A stretch of 64,000 bases of DNA from a candidate division CPR3 bacterium GWF2_35_18. Lineage in GTDB: Bacteria; Patescibacteriota; CPR3; GWF2-35-18. Of this stretch, positions 1 to 9,402 are shown piece by piece. Position 1 is the first letter of the stretch, and every line of letters starts with the position of its first letter. The notes under the pieces are model-generated. The model was not told the DNA's origin. It made no database searches and saw only the letters and a program-made list of their open reading frames with translations. A program made the translations under genes and the position numbers. The stretch lies in assembly GCA_001771135.1 (NCBI GenBank), contig MESW01000003.1:136719-200718 (forward strand), given 5' to 3'.

Positions 1-704
1 CCTATTGTTGTTCCGACAAAATCTTTTCCGTTTAAAACCACCTCGAAATTATCAAGATATTTTCCATTAATAAATATTACTTTGAGCTTGAGCTCCTCTG
101 CTTTTGCGGTAGCAATCACGTCGAAAGGAAGATTATCTCCGGCTTTATGTTCGCGAACTGTTCCGATTCTGTCGGCAATAATTTTTTCGTAATCGCTCCA
201 AGTAATCTGATCTAAAGGTTTCGCGTCTGGAAATTCTTTTGGGTCTTTATCATAAACGTGATCAATATCAGATAAATTAATAATTGTTCCACTGTTAAAC
301 ATTTCTGCCATTAGAACTGCATCCATATTGGTACTTTTTTCTGGTTTCCACGCACCAACTACAAGAACTGGTTTTGTAAGCTCTAATTTTTCACTAAAAT
401 CTACATACGCCCGATCATGAGATAATGGCTTCATAAAAGAATTCACAACTTCAGCATTTACCCGAGTTACATAAGCCCCAATCCAGTTTAAATCTTTATT
501 TTCTACGTCAACTTTTAATCTTTTGGCTTCACTTTGATACCATCGACAAATTTTTCCACCACCAATAATAATTACGAATTTTTTACCTTGTTTGGTAAAT
601 TTCTCCAAAACATTCTTCAATCTTACTAAATATTCTAGATTAAATTTGTCAGTTTCCGGAACCACCAACGATCCTCCGAGTTTAATAATAAAAAGATTAT
701 TCAT
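1..704 (-). CDS. pyrH: UMP kinase, archaeal/CPR type; 3' end cut by the window edge
   Basis: Not in the ORF track. Manual translation from ATG 704 gives MNNLFIIKLGGSLVVP...IIIGGGKICRWYQ...LSDIDHVYDKDPK...FVGTTIG, which carries amino-acid-kinase family motifs. Confidence 0.88.
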   Translation of the reverse strand, partial: MNNLFIIKLGGSLVVPETDKFNLEYLVRLKNVLEKFTKQGKKFVIIIGGGKICRWYQSEAKRLKVDVENKDLNWIGAYVTRVNAEVVNSFMKPLSHDRAYVDFSEKLELTKPVLVVGAWKPEKSTNMDAVLMAEMFNSGTIINLSDIDHVYDKDPKEFPDAKPLDQITWSDYEKIIADRIGTVREHKAGDNLPFDVIATAKAEELKLKVIFINGKYLDNFEVVLNGKDFVGTTI

Positions 705-1449
705 GAACTAATTCTCCCTTCAAAACAACCTGTTCTATATCTTCTTTTTTTATAACATATGGAACCACATTATACCTTACTGAATATTGTGAAAAATCTG
801 GTTGTATATCAAATAATCTGACACCCATTCCCGGTTCAACTATTCCATCAATATTTCGATGACCATATGGTTTTACTCCAAAGAATGAAGGTTTGTTATA
901 AGTTTTCAAATCTTCATAAAACCTTAACACAAACGCAGAATATAAAAACTGATTAATGGCTTTCTCTTTATTCTCTCCGTATACTTCTTCGGGAAAAAAT
1001 ACACCAAGATCATTTAAAACTTTTTCCGCTCTAAATAAATTAATAGTCCGTGGTTCAAAGGAGCCTTCACCAGTTGTTGCACCTGATATCATTTCTTGAA
1101 GCTTTTCATCAGAGATAACTCCTCCGGCTCCAATATTATTTGAAAATTCTTCAGACATAATTATTGCAAATCCAGAATCTTGATGTTGTATAGAAAAAGG
1201 GTTATCCGGATGAAAAGCTGTATTATGACCATTTGAATCAGTAACATGGAAGCTAAACGTACATTCGTTAGGATATTTGCTCGGTTCATATCTGAAGCCT
1301 TCTTCAAATAAAATATTCAAGGCTTCATCTGTGCTAGCATATCTCGAACAATCAACTACATGAGTTAATTGACCAGGCTTTAACTGAGTAATGCTTTCTT
1401 GACCTTTCAAAACTTTGATTTCCGGAGGATAAGAGAAATTTTCTGACAT
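697..1449 (-). CDS. hypothetical acidic protein
   Basis: 250-aa ORF packed between gatB and pyrH; no recognised motif. Confidence 0.6.
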   Translation of the reverse strand: MSENFSYPPEIKVLKGQESITQLKPGQLTHVVDCSRYASTDEALNILFEEGFRYEPSKYPNECTFSFHVTDSNGHNTAFHPDNPFSIQHQDSGFAIIMSEEFSNNIGAGGVISDEKLQEMISGATTGEGSFEPRTINLFRAEKVLNDLGVFFPEEVYGENKEKAINQFLYSAFVLRFYEDLKTYNKPSFFGVKPYGHRNIDGIVEPGMGVRLFDIQPDFSQYSVRYNVVPYVIKKEDIEQVVLKGELVHE

Positions 1450-1453
1450 ATTA

Positions 1454-2926
1454 TTATCCTAATAATTCGGTTAATTTTTGATTTACGATTTTCACATCCG
1501 CTTTCCCTTTTGTTTCTCGCATCACCATTCCAATAAGAAACTGTAAACTCGCTTTCTTGCCAACTTTGTAATCAGCAACGGGTTTTGGATTAGCAACGAT
1601 AACTTTTTTGACGACTTCCTCAAGAGCTCCGGTATCCGAAACTTGTTCTAATCCTTTATTTTGAATAATCTCTTCAATATCTCCACCTTCTGTAAGCAAT
1701 ATATTTAAAATCTCTTTACCAGATGGTCGAGAAATCTTACCGTCTTCAACATTCGTCACTAAATCAGCAAGTTGGAGTGGTTGAATTTTTAGCTTATTAA
1801 CTCCCGATAACTGATATTGGGAACTCCCCATTATTTCTGTAATAATCCAGTTCGCCACTTTTTTACCGTGTTTCTTATCTTTCAAGGATTTCACCGATTC
1901 TTCAAACCACTTTGCAATTTCTATTTCTTCGGTCAAAACTTGTGCATCGTATTCTGTAATACCAAAATCCTTTACAAATCGGCCAACTTTTATATTCGGA
2001 AGCTCCGGTAATTTATTCCTAATCTCATCTAAATATATTTCATCAGTATTATCTTTGGCTTGCTTACTTTCTTTTAACTCAATCGGCGGTATATCCGGTT
2101 CCGGGAAATACCGATAATCATGGGCTTCTTCCTTTATTCGTTGCGTGTAGGTCGATTGTTTGTCATCATTCCAACCGCGTGTTTCTTGAATTGGAATCTC
2201 TCCTTTTTCAAGGATCGATATCTGTCTTTTAACCTCAAATTCAACTCCCCGTTTTAAAGATGTAAACGAATTCAAGTTCTTAATTTCTACCTTGTATTTT
2301 GGAAGACCCTTTTCTCCAACCTTTCGAACACTGATATTCGGCTCCACGCGTAGATTACCTTTTTCCATATCGCCATCAGAGATATCAAGGTATCTTACAA
2401 TTTGACGAATCTTTTTGGCAAAATCAAAAACGTCTTCAGCCTTACGAAAATCCGGCTCAGTAACAAGCTCCATAAGCGGAATTCCCGATTTGTTAAAGTC
2501 CAACAGAGTATATTCCTCTCCACCTTTTTCCGTTATGTGCATCGACTTTCCTGTATCTTCTTCCAAATGAATTCTGGTAATTCCAACTGTTTTATCATTA
2601 ACTACTAATTTTCCGTCATGGCAAAAAGGTTTATCATATTGAGTAATTTGATAGCCTTTCGGTAAATCAGGATAAAAATAATTTTTCCGAGCAAAGTATG
2701 AATTTTTATTGATCTCACAATCCAAGGCTAATCCCATCAGAATAACGTCTTGAATCGCCTTTTTATTGGGAACCGGAAGCGCTCCTGGTAAACCTAAACA
2801 GGTAGGACAACAATGAGTATTGGGAAGATCATCTCTATAATCAGTCCCGCATCGGCAGAACATTTTGGATTTGGTATTTAGTTGGACATGAATTTCAAGT
2901 CCAATAACCGGCTCGTAGTTAGACAT
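1454..2926 (-). CDS. gatB: Asp/Glu-tRNA amidotransferase subunit B
   Basis: IGLEIHVQL, RKNYFYPDLPKGYQITQ, HLEED, DYRYFPEPD motifs. Confidence 0.98.
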   Translation of the reverse strand: MSNYEPVIGLEIHVQLNTKSKMFCRCGTDYRDDLPNTHCCPTCLGLPGALPVPNKKAIQDVILMGLALDCEINKNSYFARKNYFYPDLPKGYQITQYDKPFCHDGKLVVNDKTVGITRIHLEEDTGKSMHITEKGGEEYTLLDFNKSGIPLMELVTEPDFRKAEDVFDFAKKIRQIVRYLDISDGDMEKGNLRVEPNISVRKVGEKGLPKYKVEIKNLNSFTSLKRGVEFEVKRQISILEKGEIPIQETRGWNDDKQSTYTQRIKEEAHDYRYFPEPDIPPIELKESKQAKDNTDEIYLDEIRNKLPELPNIKVGRFVKDFGITEYDAQVLTEEIEIAKWFEESVKSLKDKKHGKKVANWIITEIMGSSQYQLSGVNKLKIQPLQLADLVTNVEDGKISRPSGKEILNILLTEGGDIEEIIQNKGLEQVSDTGALEEVVKKVIVANPKPVADYKVGKKASLQFLIGMVMRETKGKADVKIVNQKLTELLG

Positions 2927-4208
2927 CTTTAACTTCTACCTTTCTGAAATTATGATTCCGTTTGAGAATTCCTAAAAAGGCAATCATAAAAATCATAGTG
3001 ACTAATCCAAAAATAACAGGGAAAACACCAACCTGATCGATGACAGCACCGGCCATCAATGTTGGAGCCAAAATAATGATTGATTGAAACAGTTTGTAAG
3101 CTCCGGAAACTCTGCCCATGATTTCAACCGGTGTTTCCTCTTGAACCACGGTAGTACCTGTAATCATGACAACAATGGCCATAAAACCAAGAATAAAAAG
3201 CAAAAACATAATTAAAGGATAATAAACAATTCCCTTTAATCCCAAGAATCCCATGGTAAGGAGTACTGAACCTGCACCAAACATTCCAAAACTTATTAGT
3301 ACTTTACGATGACCTTTCATATAACGATCGACAAAAAAAGCTCCCAAAACTGATCCAAAAAATATCGGTAAAATTAACTTGATTCCCAAATCTAAAAAAT
3401 CAAAACCCAAAACAGTAGTACCAATCTCTGGTGCCGCAATCGCCAAGGTTCCCACGGAAACTTGGAATAAAAGTAAAATCAACATTGTCAGATGAATCAT
3501 CCGGTTTCTAAAGATAAAACGGTAGTTTCCCTTAACCTCGCTCCACATCTTGGCAGCAGGATTTTCTTTAAAAAATGAAAGCTTTTTCTCAACTTTATCT
3601 TTTCGGATTATCAATGAAGCAATTGTGGCTGCAAAAAGCAATGCTGAAGCCAAAACAAAGGTGGTATTTTTGCCAATCAGTTTAATAATTTCACCTGCAA
3701 ATGAAAATCCGATCACCATTGTTCCGTAAGAAGCTAAAGTAAACAAAAAATTCGCAATCGGTAAATGTTCTTTTTTGACTAAAGTCGGAATCATAGCTGC
3801 TTCAGCCGGATAATAAAATTCATCGACAATTGAATATAAAAAAATGACCGGATAGATAAAAATCCAATGAGTGTTTATAAGTAAATACAGAAGCACAATC
3901 AAAGCCTGTAAAAAATTTGTCACCACCATAATATTTCTTCGAGACGTGTGGTCTACAATAATACCGGCAAAAAGACCTAAAATTGGTACCGGTAATAAAT
4001 AAAAAAGAAAAAGCAGCGATACATTAAAAGAACTTTTGGTAGTATCAAAAATAATATAAGCAAGCACAAAATTGAGCATTTGGGCACAAAAAACTGATAG
4101 AGCCTGCGCCAGCCACAAGGAAAGAAAATCCTTATTTTTCAAAACTTCAATAAAATGATTGCTATTTACTAATGTATTTTTTCCTGTGTTTTTCATTTTT
4201 AACTTCAA
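2919..4208 (-). CDS. MFS transporter (DHA3/EntS-like)
   Basis: About 12 hydrophobic segments; motif A-like AGIIVDHTSRR; MGRVSG. Confidence 0.85.
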   Translation of the reverse strand: MKLKMKNTGKNTLVNSNHFIEVLKNKDFLSLWLAQALSVFCAQMLNFVLAYIIFDTTKSSFNVSLLFLFYLLPVPILGLFAGIIVDHTSRRNIMVVTNFLQALIVLLYLLINTHWIFIYPVIFLYSIVDEFYYPAEAAMIPTLVKKEHLPIANFLFTLASYGTMVIGFSFAGEIIKLIGKNTTFVLASALLFAATIASLIIRKDKVEKKLSFFKENPAAKMWSEVKGNYRFIFRNRMIHLTMLILLLFQVSVGTLAIAAPEIGTTVLGFDFLDLGIKLILPIFFGSVLGAFFVDRYMKGHRKVLISFGMFGAGSVLLTMGFLGLKGIVYYPLIMFLLFILGFMAIVVMITGTTVVQEETPVEIMGRVSGAYKLFQSIIILAPTLMAGAVIDQVGVFPVIFGLVTMIFMIAFLGILKRNHNFRKVEVKDV

Positions 4209-4669
4209 ATTTTAAGATCTTTAATAATAATCTTCAGACTTTTTTCAAACTTATTTATTACTTCAACCGCTTGAGCATGAGGCAGCTCAAATTCCAAATT
4301 GTGCACCAGTTCATTACGCACTTTATGCGCATACCACAAATCATCATAGTCCTGCTTTTCTAGAAAGAAGATCTTGGCATTTTTATATCTTTCCACGCTC
4401 ACTTCTTCCATTGGGTATAGCTTTTTCAAAACATAATCAACCACCTTATCTGCAGTAATTACAGCTTCGTTGAGTTGACTGGGTTTCCCGAGGCTAATGA
4501 GCTCTTCAACCTTGTTCCACAGTGAAACAATTCTCTGTCTGTCTGTATTGTCAATATTCCTAGATGCTAGATTTACGTTAAAAATTCCCGGTTTACCTTT
4601 TAAAATTATCAAAAGAAAAAATATGGCGAGAATGATTGCAAGTCCAACAAGATAATACATAATAATCAA
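4205..4669 (-). CDS. membrane-anchored hypothetical protein
   Basis: N-terminal TM helix; WYAHKVRNELVH resembles a HEPN-like RxxxxH. Confidence 0.6.
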   Translation of the reverse strand: MIIMYYLVGLAIILAIFFLLIILKGKPGIFNVNLASRNIDNTDRQRIVSLWNKVEELISLGKPSQLNEAVITADKVVDYVLKKLYPMEEVSVERYKNAKIFFLEKQDYDDLWYAHKVRNELVHNLEFELPHAQAVEVINKFEKSLKIIIKDLKI

Positions 4670-4683
4670 AGTTTCCTTATTAT

Positions 4684-5976
4684 TTAAGGTTTCAAACGGT
4701 AAATTGTCCGTGGAAACGGAATAGTTTCACGTACATGAGGTAATCCACAAACCCAAGCTATCATACGCTCCAATCCCAAGCCAAAACCGGAATGTGGAAC
4801 ACTTCCATATTTTCGTAAGTCAAGATACCAAGAAAAATCTTCAATATTTAGTTTATGATCTTTAACCCGTTGTAATAACTTATCATAATTATCTTCACGT
4901 TGCGAACCGCCAATCATCTCTCCATAACCTTCTGGAACTAATAAATCATTGCACAAGACGTATTTCGGATCATCTGATTCTTTCATATAAAATGCTTTTA
5001 TCTCTTTCGGATAATGGGTTACAAAGATCGGCTTTTCATGAGTTTTGGTCAAAATTGTTTCGTCATCATTACCAAAATCTTCACCCTCTTTAATATCAGA
5101 ACCTAAACCGTGCAACTCTTTTACGGCTTCGGAGTAGGTCATTTGAATATAAGGAGGTTTAATCTTTTTCAAAGGTTCCAGGTTTCGACCCACGATTTTT
5201 AATTCCTCTTGGCAATTTGCTAGAACTTGATCTAATAAATATTGCACTAATTTTTCCTGTAAATGAATATTATCCTGCCAATCATAAAAAGCCATCTCCG
5301 AATTATTCATCCAGAATTCGGTTAAATGACGACGCGTCTTTGATTTCTCGGCTCGAAAAACTGGGGAAAAATCATAAACCTTGGCAAAAGAAGCAATCGC
5401 CGCTTCTAAATAAAGCTGCCCTGATTGTGACAAATAAGCTTTTTCTTCAAAATACGGAACTTCGAATAATGTCGTTGTTCCCTCACAGGCATTCGGAGTA
5501 AATATTGGAGTATCAATCTTTGTAAATCCCTCAGTACGATAAAAATCATAAATTCCGTGAATTAGTTGGTCTCGAATTTTTTGAATTGCCCACTGTCTTT
5601 GAGATCTTAACCATAGATGACGGTTATCAAGAAGAAAATCCGGTCCGTGTTCCTTTTTACTGATTGGATAGTCTTCTTTTGGAATCTGGATAATTTCAAT
5701 CTTTGTGACAAGCAGTTCATAACCTGAAGAAGATCTTGGTTCTGCCTTCACTTTCCCCGTCAAAATAACAGACGTTTCCAAACCTACTCCTTTAGCCTTT
5801 AAAAAGGTTTCTTCAGACACTTCCTTCTTAATGATCACACCCTGAATTACTCCAGTTCCATCGCGGAACTGTAAAAAAATAATCGAACCGGAAGAACGGA
5901 AATTATAGATCCAACCTTTCAGTTCAATCTGTTCACCAACGAAATTTTTAATTTGAGAAAGATAGATATTATTCAT
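4684..5976 (-). CDS. asnS: asparagine--tRNA ligase
   Basis: N-terminal OB fold; LSQSGQLYLE, FRAEKSKTRRHLTEFW, GGSQRE, PHSGFGLGLER. Confidence 0.95.
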   Translation of the reverse strand: MNNIYLSQIKNFVGEQIELKGWIYNFRSSGSIIFLQFRDGTGVIQGVIIKKEVSEETFLKAKGVGLETSVILTGKVKAEPRSSSGYELLVTKIEIIQIPKEDYPISKKEHGPDFLLDNRHLWLRSQRQWAIQKIRDQLIHGIYDFYRTEGFTKIDTPIFTPNACEGTTTLFEVPYFEEKAYLSQSGQLYLEAAIASFAKVYDFSPVFRAEKSKTRRHLTEFWMNNSEMAFYDWQDNIHLQEKLVQYLLDQVLANCQEELKIVGRNLEPLKKIKPPYIQMTYSEAVKELHGLGSDIKEGEDFGNDDETILTKTHEKPIFVTHYPKEIKAFYMKESDDPKYVLCNDLLVPEGYGEMIGGSQREDNYDKLLQRVKDHKLNIEDFSWYLDLRKYGSVPHSGFGLGLERMIAWVCGLPHVRETIPFPRTIYRLKP

Positions 5977-5978
5977 AA

Positions 5979-7445
5979 TTATTTAATCCTCGGCTTTCTT
6001 AAATGCCAATCTGTTATTGATTGGTATTGATTTGCTAATTGTAATAATAATTTTTCACTATTCATTGGACCAATAATTTGCATTCCAATCGGTAAATTAC
6101 TATCAGAAAAACCACAAGGAATCGCTAGACTTGGAATTCCGGAAGGATTAATTGTCACGGTAAAAGCATCAACGAGCCACATCTTCAAAGGATCATCCAT
6201 GTTCTCACCGACTTTAAATGGCAAAACCGGCGAAACTGGAGCAATAAGCAAATCGTATTCCTGAAATTTTCTTTCAAAATCTTGCTTTAAGAGCGTTCGA
6301 ACCTGTTGAGCTTTTTGATAATAAGCATCATAATAACCGCTTGATAGCGCATATGTTCCCACCATAATCCGCCGCTTGGCTTCATCTTCAAAACGCTTTC
6401 CGCGCGAGTTTAGATAGACAGAATTAATATCCTGTCCAGATTGATCCGAATAACCAAATCTAATGCCATCGTAACGAGCTAGATTGGCACTCACTTCGGA
6501 AATACCCGAAAGATAATAAGCCGCAATTGCATATTTCGTGTAAGGCAGAGAAACCTCACTAACTGTATGTCCTTGTTTAGTAAGATCTGAAGCTGCTTTT
6601 TTGACCGCTTTAATGATTTCCGGATCAACATCTTCAGTAAAATATTCCTTAGGAAGACCTATCTTTAATTTCGGAAGATTCTCTTTTAAATTTAAGAGAT
6701 AATTAATCCTTGGTTGTTCAGATGTAGTGGCATCATCTTCATCTTTCCCGGCAATCACATTTAAAACGACGCTGAGGTCTTCTACGGTACCTGCAAACGC
6801 TCCAATTGTATCCAGAGATGATCCGTAAGACATTACTCCAAATCGAGAAACTAAACCGTATGTCACCTTAAGACCGGAAACGGAACAGAAACAGGCCGGC
6901 TGACGAATTGATCCTCCCGTGTCTTCACCGAGAGAAAAGATTCCCATATTTGCCGATACTGCCGCAGCAGATCCTCCGGAAGAACCTCCAGGAACATACT
7001 CTGTATTCCAAGGATTTCGGGTAACCTGATAATAAGAATTCTCAGTGGAACTACCAAAACCAAAAGGATCGCAGTTGTTTTTTCCGATCAGAATTGCTCC
7101 TACCTCTTCTACTTTTCGGATCGCGGTGGCGTTATACGGAGGAATAAATCCTTCCAGAATTCCCGATCCTCCGGTTGACTGCACTCCCTTGGTACAAAAA
7201 ACATCTTTAGCGCTGTAAGGAACTCCTTCCAAAGCTCTTAATTCTTTTCCCGAATTGATTCTCTTATCAACTTCTTGAGCTTTTTCTAAAGCTTGTTTCT
7301 CTGTCAAGGTAATAAAAGCTTTAATTTGAGGTTCCAGCTTTTTAATTCTTGCAAAAGTTTGCTTGATAACCTCAGTACAGGTAAATTCATCTTTTTTATA
7401 ACCTTCATGTAAACGTTTAATTGTTAAGTCTTCAAAATTAATCAT
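5979..7445 (-). CDS. gatA: Asp/Glu-tRNA amidotransferase subunit A
   Basis: Amidase signature PGGSSGGSAAA, DTGGSIRQPA; NLARYDGIRFG. Confidence 0.98.
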   Translation of the reverse strand: MINFEDLTIKRLHEGYKKDEFTCTEVIKQTFARIKKLEPQIKAFITLTEKQALEKAQEVDKRINSGKELRALEGVPYSAKDVFCTKGVQSTGGSGILEGFIPPYNATAIRKVEEVGAILIGKNNCDPFGFGSSTENSYYQVTRNPWNTEYVPGGSSGGSAAAVSANMGIFSLGEDTGGSIRQPACFCSVSGLKVTYGLVSRFGVMSYGSSLDTIGAFAGTVEDLSVVLNVIAGKDEDDATTSEQPRINYLLNLKENLPKLKIGLPKEYFTEDVDPEIIKAVKKAASDLTKQGHTVSEVSLPYTKYAIAAYYLSGISEVSANLARYDGIRFGYSDQSGQDINSVYLNSRGKRFEDEAKRRIMVGTYALSSGYYDAYYQKAQQVRTLLKQDFERKFQEYDLLIAPVSPVLPFKVGENMDDPLKMWLVDAFTVTINPSGIPSLAIPCGFSDSNLPIGMQIIGPMNSEKLLLQLANQYQSITDWHLRKPRIK

Positions 7446-7738
7446 TATCTGACTTTCTTAACTTTAAAATATCCGTCTTTTTGCATGGGTGCATTTTGTA
7501 AGGCTTCCGATTGGGTCAAACTCGGTTTCACAAAGTCTTCCTGCCAGACATTTTTGAGTCCGGTAACTTGAAAAGTCGGCTTAATATTCTTGGTATCAAG
7601 TTCATTGAGATGATCAACATATTCCAGAATAGATGAAAGCTGTGATTCAAATCTGATAATCTCTTCATCAGAAAGACCAATCCAAGCCAGATCGGCAATA
7701 TGTTTTACTTCATTTTTAGTAATCTTTTTATATGACAT
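7445..7738 (-). CDS. gatC: Asp/Glu-tRNA amidotransferase subunit C
   Basis: 97 aa; VKHIADLA...NAP...GYFKVKKV; abuts gatA. Confidence 0.95.
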   Translation of the reverse strand: MSYKKITKNEVKHIADLAWIGLSDEEIIRFESQLSSILEYVDHLNELDTKNIKPTFQVTGLKNVWQEDFVKPSLTQSEALQNAPMQKDGYFKVKKVR

Positions 7739-7761
7739 AAAAAACTCCTTTTGACTGTCTC

Positions 7762-7790
7762 ATCATACCAAGGAGACTTTATTTTGTAAA
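7762..7790 (-). promoter_or_regulatory. sigma70-type promoter of gatC operon
   Basis: TTTACA-17 nt-TATGAT with extended TG; AAGGAG RBS follows before gatC. Confidence 0.6.
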
Positions 7791-7814
7791 TTAGAATTAA
7801 ATCGTAAAGATGCA

Positions 7815-7838
7815 ACCCGCTCAAGGATCTGAGCGGGT
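7815..7838 (-). terminator. hairpin after glnA
   Basis: ACCCGCTCA/TGAGCGGGT 9-bp stem just after the glnA stop; weak U-tail. Confidence 0.55.
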
Positions 7839-7853
7839 CGTTCTAACCTGAAT

Positions 7854-9188
7854 TTATAGAGTTTCCAAGTATCTTTCTAATTCCCAATCAGTAACATGAA
7901 GCCGGTACAAATCCCATTCTTGCATCTTGGCTTCTAAATATAATTTGTGAGTCCGTTCCCCCATGATTTGTCTAGCTAAAAAGCTATCTCCATATAGATC
8001 CAAAGCTTCTTTCAGAGATCCAGGCAATTTGTGAATATAGAACTCACGTAATTTCTCCTCATCAAATTCATACACATCTTCTTCAACCGGCATCGGCGGA
8101 TTTTCCTTTTCTTTAATTCCTTTGAGTCCGGATTTTAGCATCGCCGCAAACGTAAGATATGGATTACTGGAAGGATCTGGACATCGTAGTTCCGCTCGGG
8201 TAGATTTTTCACGACCGGCAAAGATAGAGGGAACGCGAATCATTGCCGAACGATTACGTCTCGCCCAGCAGATATACACCGGCGCTTCATATCCAGGCGT
8301 TAACCTTTTGTAAGAATTTACAGTTGGCGAAGTAAGAGCTACAATTTCCCGAATATATTTGAGTTGCCCTGCGATAAAATGATAGGCTGTTTGCGATAAT
8401 CCGTATGGATCGCTCACATTACTAAAAAGATTCGTTTGACCTTCAAGGTCGAATAAACTTTGGTGTACATGCATCCCCGAACCGTTAATCCCAAAAAATG
8501 GTTTAGGCATAAAAGTCGCATGATACCCCATTTTCCTCGCAATATGCTTAGTGACAAATTTAAATGTCAAAGCATTATCAGCGGTTTTTAAAGCGACATC
8601 GTACTTAAAATCAATCTCATGTTGATTATCCGCAACTTCCGTGTGAGCCATTTCCACTTCAATTCCGAATTTTGCTAAGGCTTTTGTAATCTCTTGACGG
8701 ATTGCGTAAGTATCATTCAAAGATGCTTTAAAATATGATCTATTGCCTTTGGAAGAAAAATTTATCTCCCCAGTTTCAGTGAGAGGAAATAAAAAGAACT
8801 CTAATTCTGGACCAACAAAATATTGAAACCCTAATTCTCTGGCTTCAAGTAAAGCCTTTTTTAAGATATACCTTGGATCACCTTCAAAGGGTTTACCATC
8901 TACGGTATAAACATCCGCAATAAATCGGGCGCTTTTTCTGCCATCGTTTTGCCAAGGAATAACCGCATACGTTGATAAATCAGGCATTAAATACATATCT
9001 GATTCAAAGATACGCGTAAACCCTTGTACTGACGAACCATCGAACCAAACGCCGTGATCAAGTGCTTCACCGAGTTTATTAACGGGAATAGTAGTTGATT
9101 TTAAGGTTCCGAAAAAATCGGTAAATTGTACATCAATAAATGCAACTTTATCTTCTCTGACTTTCTCTAAAATGGTTTTCTTATCCAT
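7854..9188 (-). CDS. glnA: glutamine synthetase type I
   Basis: FDGSS, GPELEFFLF, ATFMPKP, GSGMHVHQS, NSYKRLTPGYEAP, NRSAMIR, ELRCPD. Confidence 0.98.
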   Translation of the reverse strand: MDKKTILEKVREDKVAFIDVQFTDFFGTLKSTTIPVNKLGEALDHGVWFDGSSVQGFTRIFESDMYLMPDLSTYAVIPWQNDGRKSARFIADVYTVDGKPFEGDPRYILKKALLEARELGFQYFVGPELEFFLFPLTETGEINFSSKGNRSYFKASLNDTYAIRQEITKALAKFGIEVEMAHTEVADNQHEIDFKYDVALKTADNALTFKFVTKHIARKMGYHATFMPKPFFGINGSGMHVHQSLFDLEGQTNLFSNVSDPYGLSQTAYHFIAGQLKYIREIVALTSPTVNSYKRLTPGYEAPVYICWARRNRSAMIRVPSIFAGREKSTRAELRCPDPSSNPYLTFAAMLKSGLKGIKEKENPPMPVEEDVYEFDEEKLREFYIHKLPGSLKEALDLYGDSFLARQIMGERTHKLYLEAKMQEWDLYRLHVTDWELERYLETL

Positions 9189-9218
9189 TTTTCCTCCTTT
9201 AATAATCTAATTAAAACG

Positions 9219-9251
9219 AAAAAAACCAGCTCGTTTTAGGTAGCTGGTTTT
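9219..9251 (-). terminator. attenuator terminator in glnA leader
   Basis: AAAACCAGCT-10 nt loop-AGCTGGTTTT then TTT, about 30 nt before the glnA ATG. Confidence 0.8.
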
Positions 9252-9281
9252 GTAAAAATTATGATTTAAATAAATATTTCA

Positions 9282-9356
9282 TTAGCTTCGCTGTTTAGAA
9301 TACAAAATACCAGCCCCGAATAATTGAGTTTCCTGCTGCTGGTTCAAAAGATTCAT
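9282..9356 (-). CDS. putative glnA leader peptide MNLLNQQQETQLFGAGILYSKQRS (24 aa)
   Basis: ATG 9356 to TAA 9282; CAG-CAG-CAG plus CAA cluster; overlaps segments able to pair with the terminator 5' arm; in-frame upstream ATG at 9380 is an alternative start. Confidence 0.75.
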   Translation of the reverse strand: MNLLNQQQETQLFGAGILYSKQRS

Positions 9357-9402
9357 TTTTAACCAAAGTTTATTTACCATAATGGTCTACAGGATAGCTC
9401 AA

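Noticed and set aside
9190-9400. Ligand-binding glnA riboswitch or T-box upstream of glnA
   Set aside because: No UGGNACC T-box bulge and no glnA-motif consensus recognised; a leader-peptide attenuator explains the pairings better.
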